Shown here: piece after piece, positions 45,971 to 56,189 of the stretch
Numbering within the stretch: the first letter of the stretch is position 1
Layout: every line of letters begins with the position of its first letter
Assembly (NCBI GenBank): GCA_017431685.1
Contig: JAFRKO010000009.1
Span: 152,286 to 216,285 of the forward strand
Origin: Mogibacterium sp.
GTDB taxonomy: Bacteria > Bacillota > Clostridia > Peptostreptococcales > Anaerovoracaceae
Length of the DNA: 64,000 nucleotides
Reading direction: 5' to 3'
Program-made: the position numbers and the translations under genes
The notes under the pieces: generated by a model
The model's database searches: none
What the model was told of the DNA's origin: nothing
The model's input: the letters and a program-made list of their open reading frames with translations, nothing else

Positions 45971-46701
45971 AACTCTCACCGGAGGAAAAAGCAAAATTAC
46001 GCAAACAGTTCCTGCAGATGAAAACTGCAGATAAGGTTGATTATTGTTTTACTTACTACAAAACCCATATAATAGCCATCATTCTCATTCTCATCATAGT
46101 TGTTTCAACAGCCGTACGAGTATCGGCAAAGAAAGAGACCATGCTTTATTTAAGCATGGTCAATGTTTCTTTTGGATCGGTAATGGAAGAGCATCTTACA
46201 TCCGGATTTCTGGAACAGCTTGGTTATAGCGATAACAAACACGAGATATATGTATATAAAGATCTGTATCTTTCCGACAATCCTACATCAGAAAATCACG
46301 AATATGAATATGCATCCCAGATGAAAATACTGGCAGCTATCAATTCAAAAGAAATGGATTTGGTCATTATGAATCGTGAGGCATATGATATTTTTTCACA
46401 AAACGGATACTTAATGAATATAAGTGATGCTTTTTCTCAAGGTGAGCAGGCTCTGTTAAATCGACTTGCGCCGTATATCATAAGTAACGAAATAATCTTG
46501 TCCGACAACAGTATTGATGTTGCGCTAGGAGAAGCCGCAGAGCGTGTTTACGAAAGCATGCCTTCTAAAAACGGCATTATTGTTTCTGACCTTCCCTTTT
46601 TCAAAGATGCAGGGTTTAGTGATGATGTCTATATTGGTATCATCGCTAACACTCCGAGAATGCAGTTTGTAACAAAGTACCTAAAATATATTATTCCTTA
46701 G
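45967..46701 (+). CDS. membrane-anchored hypothetical protein
   Basis: ATGA overlap with the yesL-like stop. Single TM helix near residue 35. Confidence 0.6.
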   Translation: MKLSPEEKAKLRKQFLQMKTADKVDYCFTYYKTHIIAIILILIIVVSTAVRVSAKKETMLYLSMVNVSFGSVMEEHLTSGFLEQLGYSDNKHEIYVYKDLYLSDNPTSENHEYEYASQMKILAAINSKEMDLVIMNREAYDIFSQNGYLMNISDAFSQGEQALLNRLAPYIISNEIILSDNSIDVALGEAAERVYESMPSKNGIIVSDLPFFKDAGFSDDVYIGIIANTPRMQFVTKYLKYIIP

Positions 46702-46723
46702 CTTTTTCAACGTTGCTTTCTCA

Positions 46724-48451
46724 TCATATCATTTGAAAAAACCGTAACGCAGCAATAATTGCCTCTTCCTTTTCAGGCGGGCATTGTAGAACTCTCTGGT
46801 TCTCTTCTTTTGATTTATTATAATGATCACCGACTTCAAGTCCGCACTTCCTCTTGATTTGTGATATATATAGGCGCGAGACTTTTAAGCCGTACTCTTC
46901 CCATATCCAGTCTGCGATATTTTGATATGTAGCACCAAACTGAAAACCAGATGTATTCATGTCTTCTATCGGGAATTCTACGCGAACGCTCTTGCTCATT
47001 ATCTTGCCCTTGGAAAGCAAGACAACAACCTCGATGTGTGATGTCCATGGAAATTGGTCTACAGGTGTGGCTTCTATGAACTCGTAGCCGTGGGCAGTCA
47101 GGTATTTGATGTCACGTGCGAGCGTGCCGGGATCGCATGAAACGTATACGATGCGATCGGGTGCTGCCTGCACCACTGCGGCGAGCAGCGGCTCGGCGCA
47201 GCCGGCACGCGGGGGATCGAGTACCGCCACATCTGCATTCTCAAGCCTGATCTCAGGCTCGCGCTCCACTCTTTCATTGATCTCATTCCATTTATATAAC
47301 TTCGCAAGACCCATCATACCCGGAAGCTCTTCCTCTGCTTTGCCGCAGATGTATCTTGTGTTTATAACTCCGTTTATGACTGAGTTTCTGTTAGCATCAA
47401 GCACTGCAGGCTTTACAGATTCTATACCTATGACTCTGGTCTTTTCGAAAGCCTCAGGGTTCTTTTTTCTGAGATTTTCAAGCAGCCACAGCCCTATAGT
47501 TCCTGCCCCGCAGTAAAGATCCAGAACCGTCTCTCCGCCTTTCAGGTCTGCATACTCTGCAGCCTTGTCGTATAGTCTCTCCATCTGCTCAGGGTTTACC
47601 TGATAGAATGACTGCGGACTTATTTCAAAGATAAGGCTGCGCCCGTCTTCCGTTATCACCTCTTCATTGATCGTAGGTTTACCTGCGATAATGCGGCACT
47701 TTCCTTTATGGATCATTGCAACCGACTCCAGGCTGTATGCCTGAGTATCTGCTGCAGGGTTCCCTTCTTCATCACAGCTCAGGCTGTAAACCGCATCATC
47801 AAACATTTCAACGAGTTTTTCAATCTTCGGTATGTCCTTCTTATCCGTCTCAAGAACCGCCATGACCTCGCCTGTTCCGAATGCGGTCCTGACCGTTAGC
47901 TGAGTTATTTCTCTGACACCAGTCTGCCTGAGGAATGCTCGCAGCGCATCCGCGCAAACCATCGCAGCGTCGGTTTGAAGCAGGCAGTCATCGATATCCA
48001 TAACAAAATGAGTCTTCCCCTTTAGAAAACCGACTTCACCGTGAGGACCGACAGCAAACACCGCTTTGTTCCTGTAGTACTTAAGGGTGTCGGCTCCTAT
48101 CATTTTATTTACCTTAGGATCCTCGAGCCCGCCAAGCCTTTTAAGCTTTGCTCTTACCTGTTCCTCCTTAAGCTTCTTCTGAGCTTCGTATGAGAGCGCC
48201 TGCATGGTGCATCCGCCACAGATGCCGGCGTAAGTGCATTCCGCATGAATTCTGTCAGGTGATGCAGCTACTATCTCTGTCACTGCAGCTTCTGCTGATG
48301 ATTTCTTTGCCTTAGCAACTCTTGCTTTTACGTCATCACCGGGTACAGCGCCGCCGCTCACAAAAACGGCACAGCCTTCGTATCTACCGAAAGCCCTGCC
48401 GTCATCGAGCATATCTTCTATTCTTAGTTCAATTATCTGATTCTTTTCCAT
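46724..48451 (-). CDS. rlmD: 23S rRNA (uracil-5)-methyltransferase RlmD/RumA family with a TRAM domain and a ~110-aa C-terminal extension
   Basis: TRAM N-terminus, a Cys cluster (CTYAGICGGC), the SAM motif VLDLYCGAGTIG, and the catalytic region VYVSCDP. Start uncertain (48451 or 48481). Confidence 0.85.
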   Translation of the reverse strand: MEKNQIIELRIEDMLDDGRAFGRYEGCAVFVSGGAVPGDDVKARVAKAKKSSAEAAVTEIVAASPDRIHAECTYAGICGGCTMQALSYEAQKKLKEEQVRAKLKRLGGLEDPKVNKMIGADTLKYYRNKAVFAVGPHGEVGFLKGKTHFVMDIDDCLLQTDAAMVCADALRAFLRQTGVREITQLTVRTAFGTGEVMAVLETDKKDIPKIEKLVEMFDDAVYSLSCDEEGNPAADTQAYSLESVAMIHKGKCRIIAGKPTINEEVITEDGRSLIFEISPQSFYQVNPEQMERLYDKAAEYADLKGGETVLDLYCGAGTIGLWLLENLRKKNPEAFEKTRVIGIESVKPAVLDANRNSVINGVINTRYICGKAEEELPGMMGLAKLYKWNEINERVEREPEIRLENADVAVLDPPRAGCAEPLLAAVVQAAPDRIVYVSCDPGTLARDIKYLTAHGYEFIEATPVDQFPWTSHIEVVVLLSKGKIMSKSVRVEFPIEDMNTSGFQFGATYQNIADWIWEEYGLKVSRLYISQIKRKCGLEVGDHYNKSKEENQRVLQCPPEKEEAIIAALRFFQMI

Positions 48452-48455
48452 ATTT

Positions 48456-49487
48456 TTACCATCTGTCTCCATTATCGACATTTTCGGCGAGCGCGCGCAG
48501 CTTCGCGAAGCGCTTGCTGATCGCTGCCTTTCCCACCGGCGGCGTCAGCGATTCACCTATCTCGGAGAGGCTCGCCTCCGGCTTATACAGCCTGAGATAT
48601 GCCGCCTCTTTCAGCTGAGGAGGCAAATGCCTGAGTCCCTTGCTCCAGAACTCAGACAGCGGGTTTGTAAGTTCATCTGAATCCGGCTCTCTGCCGTTCT
48701 CCGCAGAAGCTATCTTAACCAGCCATTCACGCTGCTCTTCAGCCGCCAGCAGCGTTCTGTCCACATTCGCATTGTCGCAGTTGATGATGCGCATTATTTC
48801 GCCATGCATACTCTTGTTGACGCGTATGCTCTCAAAGTCAAGCACAGCGCTTCCGGCCCCCATTATGCCCAGCATATCGCTGATGTATGCCGCTTTCTTC
48901 ATATATACAACATAGTTGTCGCCTCGCCTGGCAACAGATGCCGCCAGATCATCAAATGATCCGATCAGCTTTTTAAGATCCATAGCGCTCTGCTCCTTAT
49001 CGAGTACAAACTCAAGGTGGTAGCCCTTGCGCGGATCTGACATAGTGCCGCAGCTTAAGAACATCCCCCTCATATACGATCTTTTGCAGCATTTGGATTT
49101 GACTATCGGCGGATAAATGCCATCGCTGAAATAATCATCCCCTTCGCGTATGAGCAGCATACCTGTCTCACGAAGGATCTGCATCGACTTTTCATCGGGG
49201 CTGATGTTTATATAATAAGTATTCTTTCCCTTCTTGCCCTGGCTTCCCGGCCTGTGCGAACCGCCGATCGCCAGATCGACCTTATTGCGGAAGTATGTTT
49301 CGATAAGCACCTTGAAATGTCTCGCTACTGCAGCACTTTCAGTAGATGCCACAATAGCAAAACTGCCGCTGGTGATCCTTATCGATCCCGAAGCTCTCAG
49401 GAATCCCGCAATCTCAGCCAGCATGCAGCATTTCTTGGCAGGCTCTACCCTCGCCAGTTCACTCTTTACGTCTGAAGAAAATGACAC
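48456..49487 (-). CDS. whiA: DNA-binding protein WhiA
   Basis: MSFSSDVKSELARV...CCMLAEIAGFL N-terminus and a C-terminal HTH. GTG start with an AAGGGGA SD. Confidence 0.9.
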   Translation of the reverse strand: MSFSSDVKSELARVEPAKKCCMLAEIAGFLRASGSIRITSGSFAIVASTESAAVARHFKVLIETYFRNKVDLAIGGSHRPGSQGKKGKNTYYINISPDEKSMQILRETGMLLIREGDDYFSDGIYPPIVKSKCCKRSYMRGMFLSCGTMSDPRKGYHLEFVLDKEQSAMDLKKLIGSFDDLAASVARRGDNYVVYMKKAAYISDMLGIMGAGSAVLDFESIRVNKSMHGEIMRIINCDNANVDRTLLAAEEQREWLVKIASAENGREPDSDELTNPLSEFWSKGLRHLPPQLKEAAYLRLYKPEASLSEIGESLTPPVGKAAISKRFAKLRALAENVDNGDRW

Positions 49488-49501
49488 TCTGTCCCCTTTT
49501 T

Positions 49502-50374
49502 CTAACTTTTCTTGTTTTGCAGAGCCATATCCCTGTGATAGATTCTTACTCTCATACCATCTTTTTTAAACTCTTCGGCAACAGCATTTGCAATCGCCAC
49601 TGACCTGTGATGACCACCCGTGCAGCCAAACGCTATGTTCAGATGATACTTCCCCTCATGCACATAGCCCTGTACCATCGACACCAGCAGTGTGTGTACA
49701 GAATTGACGAACTCTCCTGCCAGCTCACTCTTAAAAATATAATCCCTGACCTTTTTATTGTTGCCCGTCAGTTTTTTAAGGCTTGGTACGTAAAAAGGAT
49801 TAGGAAGGAATCTCACGTCAAACATTACATCAGACTCTGTAGGTATGCCGTATTTGAAGCCGAATGAGCTGATATTTACAGAAAAAGTCGAAGATACCGA
49901 TCCACCGAAGAACATGCGGTCCAGTTCAGCAACCAGTTCAGGAAGTTTAAGATTGCTGGTATCCAGCACCAGATCTGCGATTTCGCGTATCCCTCTCAGC
50001 TTTTCTCTTTCGTCTTCAATGACAGCTGCGCTTGCCTGCCCTCCGGTCAGAGGATGGTTGCGTCTCACCTCATTATATCTTTTGACGATCTCAGACACAG
50101 CCGCTTCCATGTAAAGCACGGTGAGTTCTATGTCTTCCCTGCATCTCAGCCCGTCTATTACATCGATGAGCTCACCAAAGAAGTTTCCGCTTCTGAGGTC
50201 AGCTACAAAAGCCGCCTTGGCAATATTGTTCTCAGCAGAAGAAGCCATATCAAGAAACTTGTTTATGAGCGCCGGCGGCATATTGTCGATACAGTAATAC
50301 CCCTGATCCTCGAACCAGTTTGCTGCTCTGCTGCGCCCCGCGCCCGACATTCCCGTGATTATAACAACTTCCAT
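49502..50374 (-). CDS. rapZ: RNase adapter protein RapZ (YvcJ)
   Basis: MEVVIITGMSGAGRS Walker A, CIDNMP, and C-terminal CTGGHHRSV. Confidence 0.9.
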   Translation of the reverse strand: MEVVIITGMSGAGRSRAANWFEDQGYYCIDNMPPALINKFLDMASSAENNIAKAAFVADLRSGNFFGELIDVIDGLRCREDIELTVLYMEAAVSEIVKRYNEVRRNHPLTGGQASAAVIEDEREKLRGIREIADLVLDTSNLKLPELVAELDRMFFGGSVSSTFSVNISSFGFKYGIPTESDVMFDVRFLPNPFYVPSLKKLTGNNKKVRDYIFKSELAGEFVNSVHTLLVSMVQGYVHEGKYHLNIAFGCTGGHHRSVAIANAVAEEFKKDGMRVRIYHRDMALQNKKS

Positions 50375-50383
50375 CTCTTTCTT

Positions 50384-51151
50384 TTACCTCTTCTGGATAT
50401 TAACTATTCTTTCCGGATCGATGCCTGCTTCCATAGCCAGAGCCAGGCTCTCCGCAAAACGCCCTACAAACCTCGGACTGTGTGCGTCGCTGTTTATAAC
50501 GAATTTCACATCATACTGCTTATAAATCTGAAGATCGTTCACGTCCGGATGCTTATGCCTGGCATTGATTTCCACCATTGTGCCGGTCTCCTCGCATGCC
50601 TTTGCTACGGCATGCTCATCGATGAACGCCTTGTCTCCCGGATGTGTGATTGTCTTAATATCATTTAATTTGAGAGCCTTTATTATGCGTGAGGTATTCT
50701 GGCGTCTTAGTTTCTCCTGAAGTCTCTTTGGCCACGGGAGCCTGAATGCCAGAAAATTATGTATCATATGACACTTAGGTACATAATGATAGCCTGCATT
50801 CACAAAATCGAACTTGTCGAAGTCATCCGGCGAAATGTCAAGGCCATTCTCTGTGTCAACTATGTTGGCTTCAACGCCCAGATAGATCTCTAGCTTAGGA
50901 AATGAACCCCTGGCCAGAGCAATGTCTCTTTTCATCTGCGGAAGCTTTCGGAGATCGATGCCATAGAAATCAAGAGGTCCGTGATCCGTGATCGCAATTG
51001 AATCAAGTCCTCGCTTCGCTGCCGCGCGGGCGTTATCTATGATATGGCCTTTTCCGTGAAAATACGGCCCCACTTTCGAATATATTGTATGAGTGTGATG
51101 GTCGAATTTCAGTCTGTATTCTTTTTTAATATCCTCAATATTCATTCTCAT
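50384..51151 (-). CDS. PHP-domain phosphoesterase (histidinol-phosphatase-like)
   Basis: FDHHTHT and ITDHG motifs. Confidence 0.8.
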   Translation of the reverse strand: MRMNIEDIKKEYRLKFDHHTHTIYSKVGPYFHGKGHIIDNARAAAKRGLDSIAITDHGPLDFYGIDLRKLPQMKRDIALARGSFPKLEIYLGVEANIVDTENGLDISPDDFDKFDFVNAGYHYVPKCHMIHNFLAFRLPWPKRLQEKLRRQNTSRIIKALKLNDIKTITHPGDKAFIDEHAVAKACEETGTMVEINARHKHPDVNDLQIYKQYDVKFVINSDAHSPRFVGRFAESLALAMEAGIDPERIVNIQKR

Positions 51152-51156
51152 AGTCC

Positions 51157-52092
51157 CTACAGGCTGCAGTTTATCAGCCTCACCTCAGGTTCGAGAGTTA
51201 TACCCGAATCTGAAAAAACTGTTTCTCTTACATGTCTCATTACAGCCAGCACATCTTCGCAGGTGGCATTCCCGATATTGATCACAAAACCTGAATGCTT
51301 TTCTGATACTTGCGCGCCTCCCACGGTGTAGCCTTTGAGACCGGACTGTTCGATAAGTGCCGCAGCGTAACCGCCTGCAGGTCTCTTGAAAGTACTGCCC
51401 GCGCTTGGATAATTTACAGGCTGCTTGGAATTCCTTTTGTACTGAAGCTCAGCCACTCTGGCTGCAATCGCTTCCGGAGCGTCCTCCTTAAGCTCCATCT
51501 CTGCGGAAAGAATGAGTATACCCTCATCCTCCGCTATGCTGTGTCTGTATGAAAACTGCATGTCTTCACCGCTTACAGTGCGAAGATTTGTTCCGTCCGG
51601 ATCCATCACACGTACCGTTGTGACAACATCTTTGATCTCACCGCCGTAAGCACCCGCATTCATGAAAACAGCTCCTCCTATGCTTCCGGGAATTCCGCTC
51701 GCAAATTCAAACCCGCTGAGTCCGTTCTCAGTCAAAAAGGCAGAGGTTCTCGACATCAGCATCGCTGCTCCGACTTTCACCCTGCAAGGGTTATTTTCAT
51801 CCCGTACAATGGAATCAAAAGCTCCTCCGAGCTTTATCAATATTCCCGGATATCCCGCATCCGAAACCAGCAGGTTTGACCCATTGCCGATTATCATGTG
51901 CTCCGTACCGCTTCCAGTGACGACAGCAAGAACTTCCTCAAGCTCCTCCTCGTTATTTACAATGACAAAAGCTGCGGCCGGACCGCCTATGCGAAATGAA
52001 GTGTGCCTGCTCATCGGCTCATTTCTGAGCACGCGATCTTCAGGCACAGCACCGCATATTCTTTCAATAATAATAGATATGTTATTCTGCAT
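51157..52092 (-). CDS. murB: UDP-N-acetylenolpyruvoylglucosamine reductase MurB
   Basis: HTSFRIGGPA, GNGSNLL and GGAQVSEKHSGF motifs. Confidence 0.9.
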   Translation of the reverse strand: MQNNISIIIERICGAVPEDRVLRNEPMSRHTSFRIGGPAAAFVIVNNEEELEEVLAVVTGSGTEHMIIGNGSNLLVSDAGYPGILIKLGGAFDSIVRDENNPCRVKVGAAMLMSRTSAFLTENGLSGFEFASGIPGSIGGAVFMNAGAYGGEIKDVVTTVRVMDPDGTNLRTVSGEDMQFSYRHSIAEDEGILILSAEMELKEDAPEAIAARVAELQYKRNSKQPVNYPSAGSTFKRPAGGYAAALIEQSGLKGYTVGGAQVSEKHSGFVINIGNATCEDVLAVMRHVRETVFSDSGITLEPEVRLINCSL

Positions 52093-52100
52093 TTTACGCT

Positions 52101-53570
52101 TTATTCGAGTAGATCCTTATCTTTGTCTTTGACTTCGCCATCTCTGAGGACGTTCTTATCAGGTTCTTCCATTCTGTCATTAGGATCAAAGGCAAATTTG
52201 TTTTGTGAAAGATCTTTTTTTCCTTTCCTGATTTTTGAGAATAATGACTGCTGCTTTTTCTTTTCTGGTTCAAGCTCAACCTCGTCATCTTCAAGTCCGT
52301 ACGGCTCAAGACTGTAGTAGTACGAAGTGTGAGTGTTTTTTTCCTTTCGTTTCAGGCTGTTTATCATCATCTTGTCAGCATATCTGTAGAATACCGCAAA
52401 TACCGGTACACCCAGAGCCATACCCGGGAATCCAAACAGTCCGCCTCCTATCAATACTGATATCAGAACCCAGAAGCTTCCGATCCCTATCGCATTACCC
52501 ACGATCTTCGGACCGATCACATTTCCGTCGAGCTGCTGAATCACAATAATGATTATTACAAAATACAGCGCTTCAATAGGATTTTCGAGCAACAGTATGA
52601 ACACAGAAGGGATAGCGCCAATGAACGGGCCGAAGAAAGGTATGACGTTGGTCACTCCCACAATAACACTCAGCATCAGCGCGAACGGTATCGCACATAT
52701 CTTGAGCACTATGAAGGTCAGCACGCCGATGATGAATGAGTCTATAATACGGCCAACGATGAATCCGATAAACGTCTCGTTGACTATGTTAGCAAACTCG
52801 TAAAGTGTTGCTTTGCGCTTCTGGCTGCATGTGGCATTGATTATTTTACGTGTGATCGCGAAGAGTCTCTCTTTGTAGTTGAGAAGGTATACCATTATCA
52901 GAAGACCGATGAAGGCATTTGCTACATACTTGACCGCCAGAATCACTCCGCTGGATACCATTGACGCAATGCTTGCGGCATTTCCGCTCAGTATGTGCTC
53001 CTGTATCCACTCCATAATCTCACTGTTCTCTGCATTTGCGAGATTATTCACCCAGATCGCGATGAACGGAAAATGACTGAGATGAACATTGCACCAGTTG
53101 GAAAATGATGTCAGTCTCTGAGGCAAAGTGTTGATCAGATTGACTCCGCTTGCAACTACCTGCGGAACTACAAAATACACGAACAGTCCTGCCAGACCTA
53201 CTACTACGATCACGCATACCAATGATGCGGCAGCTCTTGCAGCACCCAGTATGGTGCGCTTCTCCTGTTTGTCTACAACAAGATCACCATCATCATTTAC
53301 CAGCATTGCGCCTATGGAGAAACCTTTCTTTTGTGCTCCTGTCAGCATATGCTGGTAACACCATTTTACACAGGCGTTATAAACAGGGCAAAGAATGAAC
53401 GCAAGAATACCGCCTATGTAGATAGGCGCAAGCGTATTATTAATATTTTCAAATCCGATCGATATGCGGTTTTTTGTGATCCAGTTGTTGAAAATGATCA
53501 GCAGTCCTCCGCATACGAGTATCAGAAAAGCGGCTTTTGCATATGGGCTTTGTCTGAATTTTTTGAACAT
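52101..53570 (-). CDS. AI-2E family transporter (PerM/UPF0118) with a charged C-terminal tail
   Basis: Multi-TM protein matching the AI-2E pattern (IPFFGPFIGAIP). GGAGGAG SD. Confidence 0.85.
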   Translation of the reverse strand: MFKKFRQSPYAKAAFLILVCGGLLIIFNNWITKNRISIGFENINNTLAPIYIGGILAFILCPVYNACVKWCYQHMLTGAQKKGFSIGAMLVNDDGDLVVDKQEKRTILGAARAAASLVCVIVVVGLAGLFVYFVVPQVVASGVNLINTLPQRLTSFSNWCNVHLSHFPFIAIWVNNLANAENSEIMEWIQEHILSGNAASIASMVSSGVILAVKYVANAFIGLLIMVYLLNYKERLFAITRKIINATCSQKRKATLYEFANIVNETFIGFIVGRIIDSFIIGVLTFIVLKICAIPFALMLSVIVGVTNVIPFFGPFIGAIPSVFILLLENPIEALYFVIIIIVIQQLDGNVIGPKIVGNAIGIGSFWVLISVLIGGGLFGFPGMALGVPVFAVFYRYADKMMINSLKRKEKNTHTSYYYSLEPYGLEDDEVELEPEKKKQQSLFSKIRKGKKDLSQNKFAFDPNDRMEEPDKNVLRDGEVKDKDKDLLE

Positions 53571-53628
53571 TCTATCTCCTCCGGCATGCCCTGCAATACT
53601 GTTCTTTTTATTTTATCACTAAACGGTC

Positions 53629-55092
53629 CTATTCTGCAGGAATAATCACATATGCCGTCTGATTTCTTCTTCCCCAGCTGATACAGGCTGCTCTTGAATT
53701 CATGTACAGGTCTACTACGTTGCCCTTAACGGCACCGCCTGTATCACACGCATAAGCGTATCCGTAACCTTCGACCCACAGTTCGGACCTCAGACTTACA
53801 AAGCCGGGGTCAGCAGCACACGTGCCGTAATGCACACCCATTCCGAGAGCTCCGCGCGCTCCGGCCCTTGCCGTATACGCCGTCGTATTGGCCGTGAAGG
53901 TCATTGATACGGTATATTCACCTGAATTACCGGTACCGGAAGTGCCAAGCCTCAGTACACTGTCATGAGGTTCAGTGATCCATTCCTTCAGCTCACGCTC
54001 AGTACCTTTGTTTTTTCCGTTCACGTATTTTGTGGTATAAGTGAAAATTCCCTCTCCGTCGTTTCCTTCGGAGGTTTCCTGAACACCTGAGGTAAGAGAC
54101 GGATCGAGTATCACTTTGTCTACTGATTCCACGACTTCATTCTTCTCTTCCACATCATAGTGGATCTCATTTACCACAATGGAAGTGTCGTCTGAAATCT
54201 TCTTATCGAGGGCTGGCTTCACTTCGTCATCATCATCAAAACTGATCCCGTTGAGAACCAGGTTTTCTTCTACCGTGCCCGGAACAAGCCAGAGTTTCTG
54301 CTTTTTTCCCGCTATCTTCGCATCAGTTTCTGTTGCACATCTGATTTCGACAGTCATTCCATTCTTCACAGGCAGTTCCGGGTTGGTGTCCATAAGATCA
54401 TTTCTGCCTGTTTTGCCTTCTTCAGCCAGATCATCCTTCAGTTCACCGGCAGTTCTGGCAGCAGTCGCATACTCTATATGCTGAGTATCTCCATATGTTA
54501 CATAATCGACGTTCACAGTCTTAGGCACCATATAATCCCAGACCTGATATCCCGTAAACAGGATCATCATTACTAAAGCCGCGGTGAGAGTACGTCTGTG
54601 TCTGTCACCGAAAAGAGCCCTGGCTGCCGCAGATTCAGGCACATAGCGGGGCTTCGGATATTTTGACGGAGATACTTTGGCTTTAGGGAGCGGTCCATAT
54701 TCCTTCTTTGCTTTTTCTTTAACCGGTTCAGAGTCTTCTGTCGGCTCTGATTCCTGTACGGACTGGGATTCTGACTCTGGTTCCGGTTCAGCTTGAGGCT
54801 CCTGTTCCGGCTCAGGCTCAGGTTCCTCCGCATCGGTGTCAGCCCACACAAACGCTACATTCGCGAGTTCTTCCTCCTCTTCGACCTTGAGCTTTTCTGC
54901 TTCAGCCTCATAATCAAATTCAGGAGCTATCCGCGCTGCTTCTTCTTCGAGCCTGGCGTATTCGGCCTCGATCAGTTCCTTTATCTTTTCCCTGATCTGA
55001 TCACGCTCGAGCTGTATGGTTTCTCTCTTTATATCTGCTTCTGTCTTTATATTATTCTCCGATCCGGATATCAAAATGTGTCCGGGTATCAT
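53629..55092 (-). CDS. YabE-like cell-wall protein (acidic N-terminus, TM, DUF348/G5, 3D domain)
   Basis: G5-like segment, then a C-terminal 3D domain (CAADP...YAYACDTGGAVKGNVVDLY). ATGA overlap with the upstream gene. Confidence 0.8.
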   Translation of the reverse strand: MIPGHILISGSENNIKTEADIKRETIQLERDQIREKIKELIEAEYARLEEEAARIAPEFDYEAEAEKLKVEEEEELANVAFVWADTDAEEPEPEPEQEPQAEPEPESESQSVQESEPTEDSEPVKEKAKKEYGPLPKAKVSPSKYPKPRYVPESAAARALFGDRHRRTLTAALVMMILFTGYQVWDYMVPKTVNVDYVTYGDTQHIEYATAARTAGELKDDLAEEGKTGRNDLMDTNPELPVKNGMTVEIRCATETDAKIAGKKQKLWLVPGTVEENLVLNGISFDDDDEVKPALDKKISDDTSIVVNEIHYDVEEKNEVVESVDKVILDPSLTSGVQETSEGNDGEGIFTYTTKYVNGKNKGTERELKEWITEPHDSVLRLGTSGTGNSGEYTVSMTFTANTTAYTARAGARGALGMGVHYGTCAADPGFVSLRSELWVEGYGYAYACDTGGAVKGNVVDLYMNSRAACISWGRRNQTAYVIIPAE

Positions 55093-56159
55093 CGACCCGG
55101 ACGTATTATTCCCTTGATTCTTTTGCTGTCTATCTTATATATATTGCGGATCACCGCTCCCGGCTTTCCGCAGCCTATCGCGGCAGTAGGTCCTGCATTG
55201 CCTTCAATGGTTATGATATATTTTCCGACAACACCTTCAACAAGACCGACATGTCTGTTGCTACCGAATACGATTATATCTCCGCCCTTAGCCTTTTTTC
55301 TTTTTTTGACCCATTTGCCGTACCGGTCGGCATAGCGCGAGTAACTCGGCACATATCCAAGCGGTCCGAATTTCTTTGCTACTGTTATTTTTTTATAAAG
55401 CCCTGCCTCGTTATAGCACCATGCAACAAAGGCCCCGCACCATGGAGTGCGGTCAGTATCAACAAATCTTGTTTTATAATACCATCTCCAGTACTCCCTG
55501 CCGGTCATGATGCCAACCTGTTCCTTAGCAACGGCAACTACTTTACTTCCGTCTCCGTCAGGTATTACGACAGTTACAGCATGTCCGTTTTTATTGGAAG
55601 CGTACGGGATGTTATTTACGGTGAATACGTCGTCAACGATTATCTTTCCGCCCTTTGTTACATAGTAAGTCTGCTCTTTCCAGTGCACAAAACCCTCTCT
55701 TCTGCGCCATACTCCTGATGTATATGAATAGTATAATTTTCCATTCCACGAATACACGCCGGTTTTGATAACACCGTATTTATTTGCGCGGTAATACTTC
55801 TTATTTACCTTGAAGGTCCTGTTTGTTCTGATCTTCCCGCCTTTTCTGATGTAATACTTTTTTCCGTCAACTGTGACAAAGCCGGATTTTTTGCGGATCT
55901 TTCCATCAGCTTCCCTGTAATAATAGTTTTTTCCCTTCTTTATTATCTCCGCCTTTGCCTCAGGCTCACGCGATGCTTCTTCTCCCGCCTGTTCCGGGCC
56001 TCCGGAAATTTCATCCACGGTCTCAGTCTGCACAGCTTCTTCATCAGTGCTCTCCGGCTCTCCTCCGGTTTCCGCATAAACCGCTGAAAAAGAAAGAACG
56101 AACATTAGAAGCAAAGCTGTCAATGTTCGTTTTACTCTTACTTTCTTTGCAGATCTCAT
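55089..56159 (-). CDS. secreted cell-wall-binding-repeat protein with a C-terminal CHAP amidase/peptidase domain
   Basis: Signal peptide, tandem GKxYY-type repeats, and CHAP motifs (PWCGAFVAWC ... HVGLV). Confidence 0.8.
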   Translation of the reverse strand: MRSAKKVRVKRTLTALLLMFVLSFSAVYAETGGEPESTDEEAVQTETVDEISGGPEQAGEEASREPEAKAEIIKKGKNYYYREADGKIRKKSGFVTVDGKKYYIRKGGKIRTNRTFKVNKKYYRANKYGVIKTGVYSWNGKLYYSYTSGVWRRREGFVHWKEQTYYVTKGGKIIVDDVFTVNNIPYASNKNGHAVTVVIPDGDGSKVVAVAKEQVGIMTGREYWRWYYKTRFVDTDRTPWCGAFVAWCYNEAGLYKKITVAKKFGPLGYVPSYSRYADRYGKWVKKRKKAKGGDIIVFGSNRHVGLVEGVVGKYIITIEGNAGPTAAIGCGKPGAVIRNIYKIDSKRIKGIIRPGR

Positions 56160-56189
56160 GCCTTCTGCTGTCCTCCTGCCTGAATCCGG

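Noticed and set aside
50054-50668. 204-aa plus-strand ORF
   Set aside because: It is antisense across the rapZ/PHP gene junction, with no start-site support.
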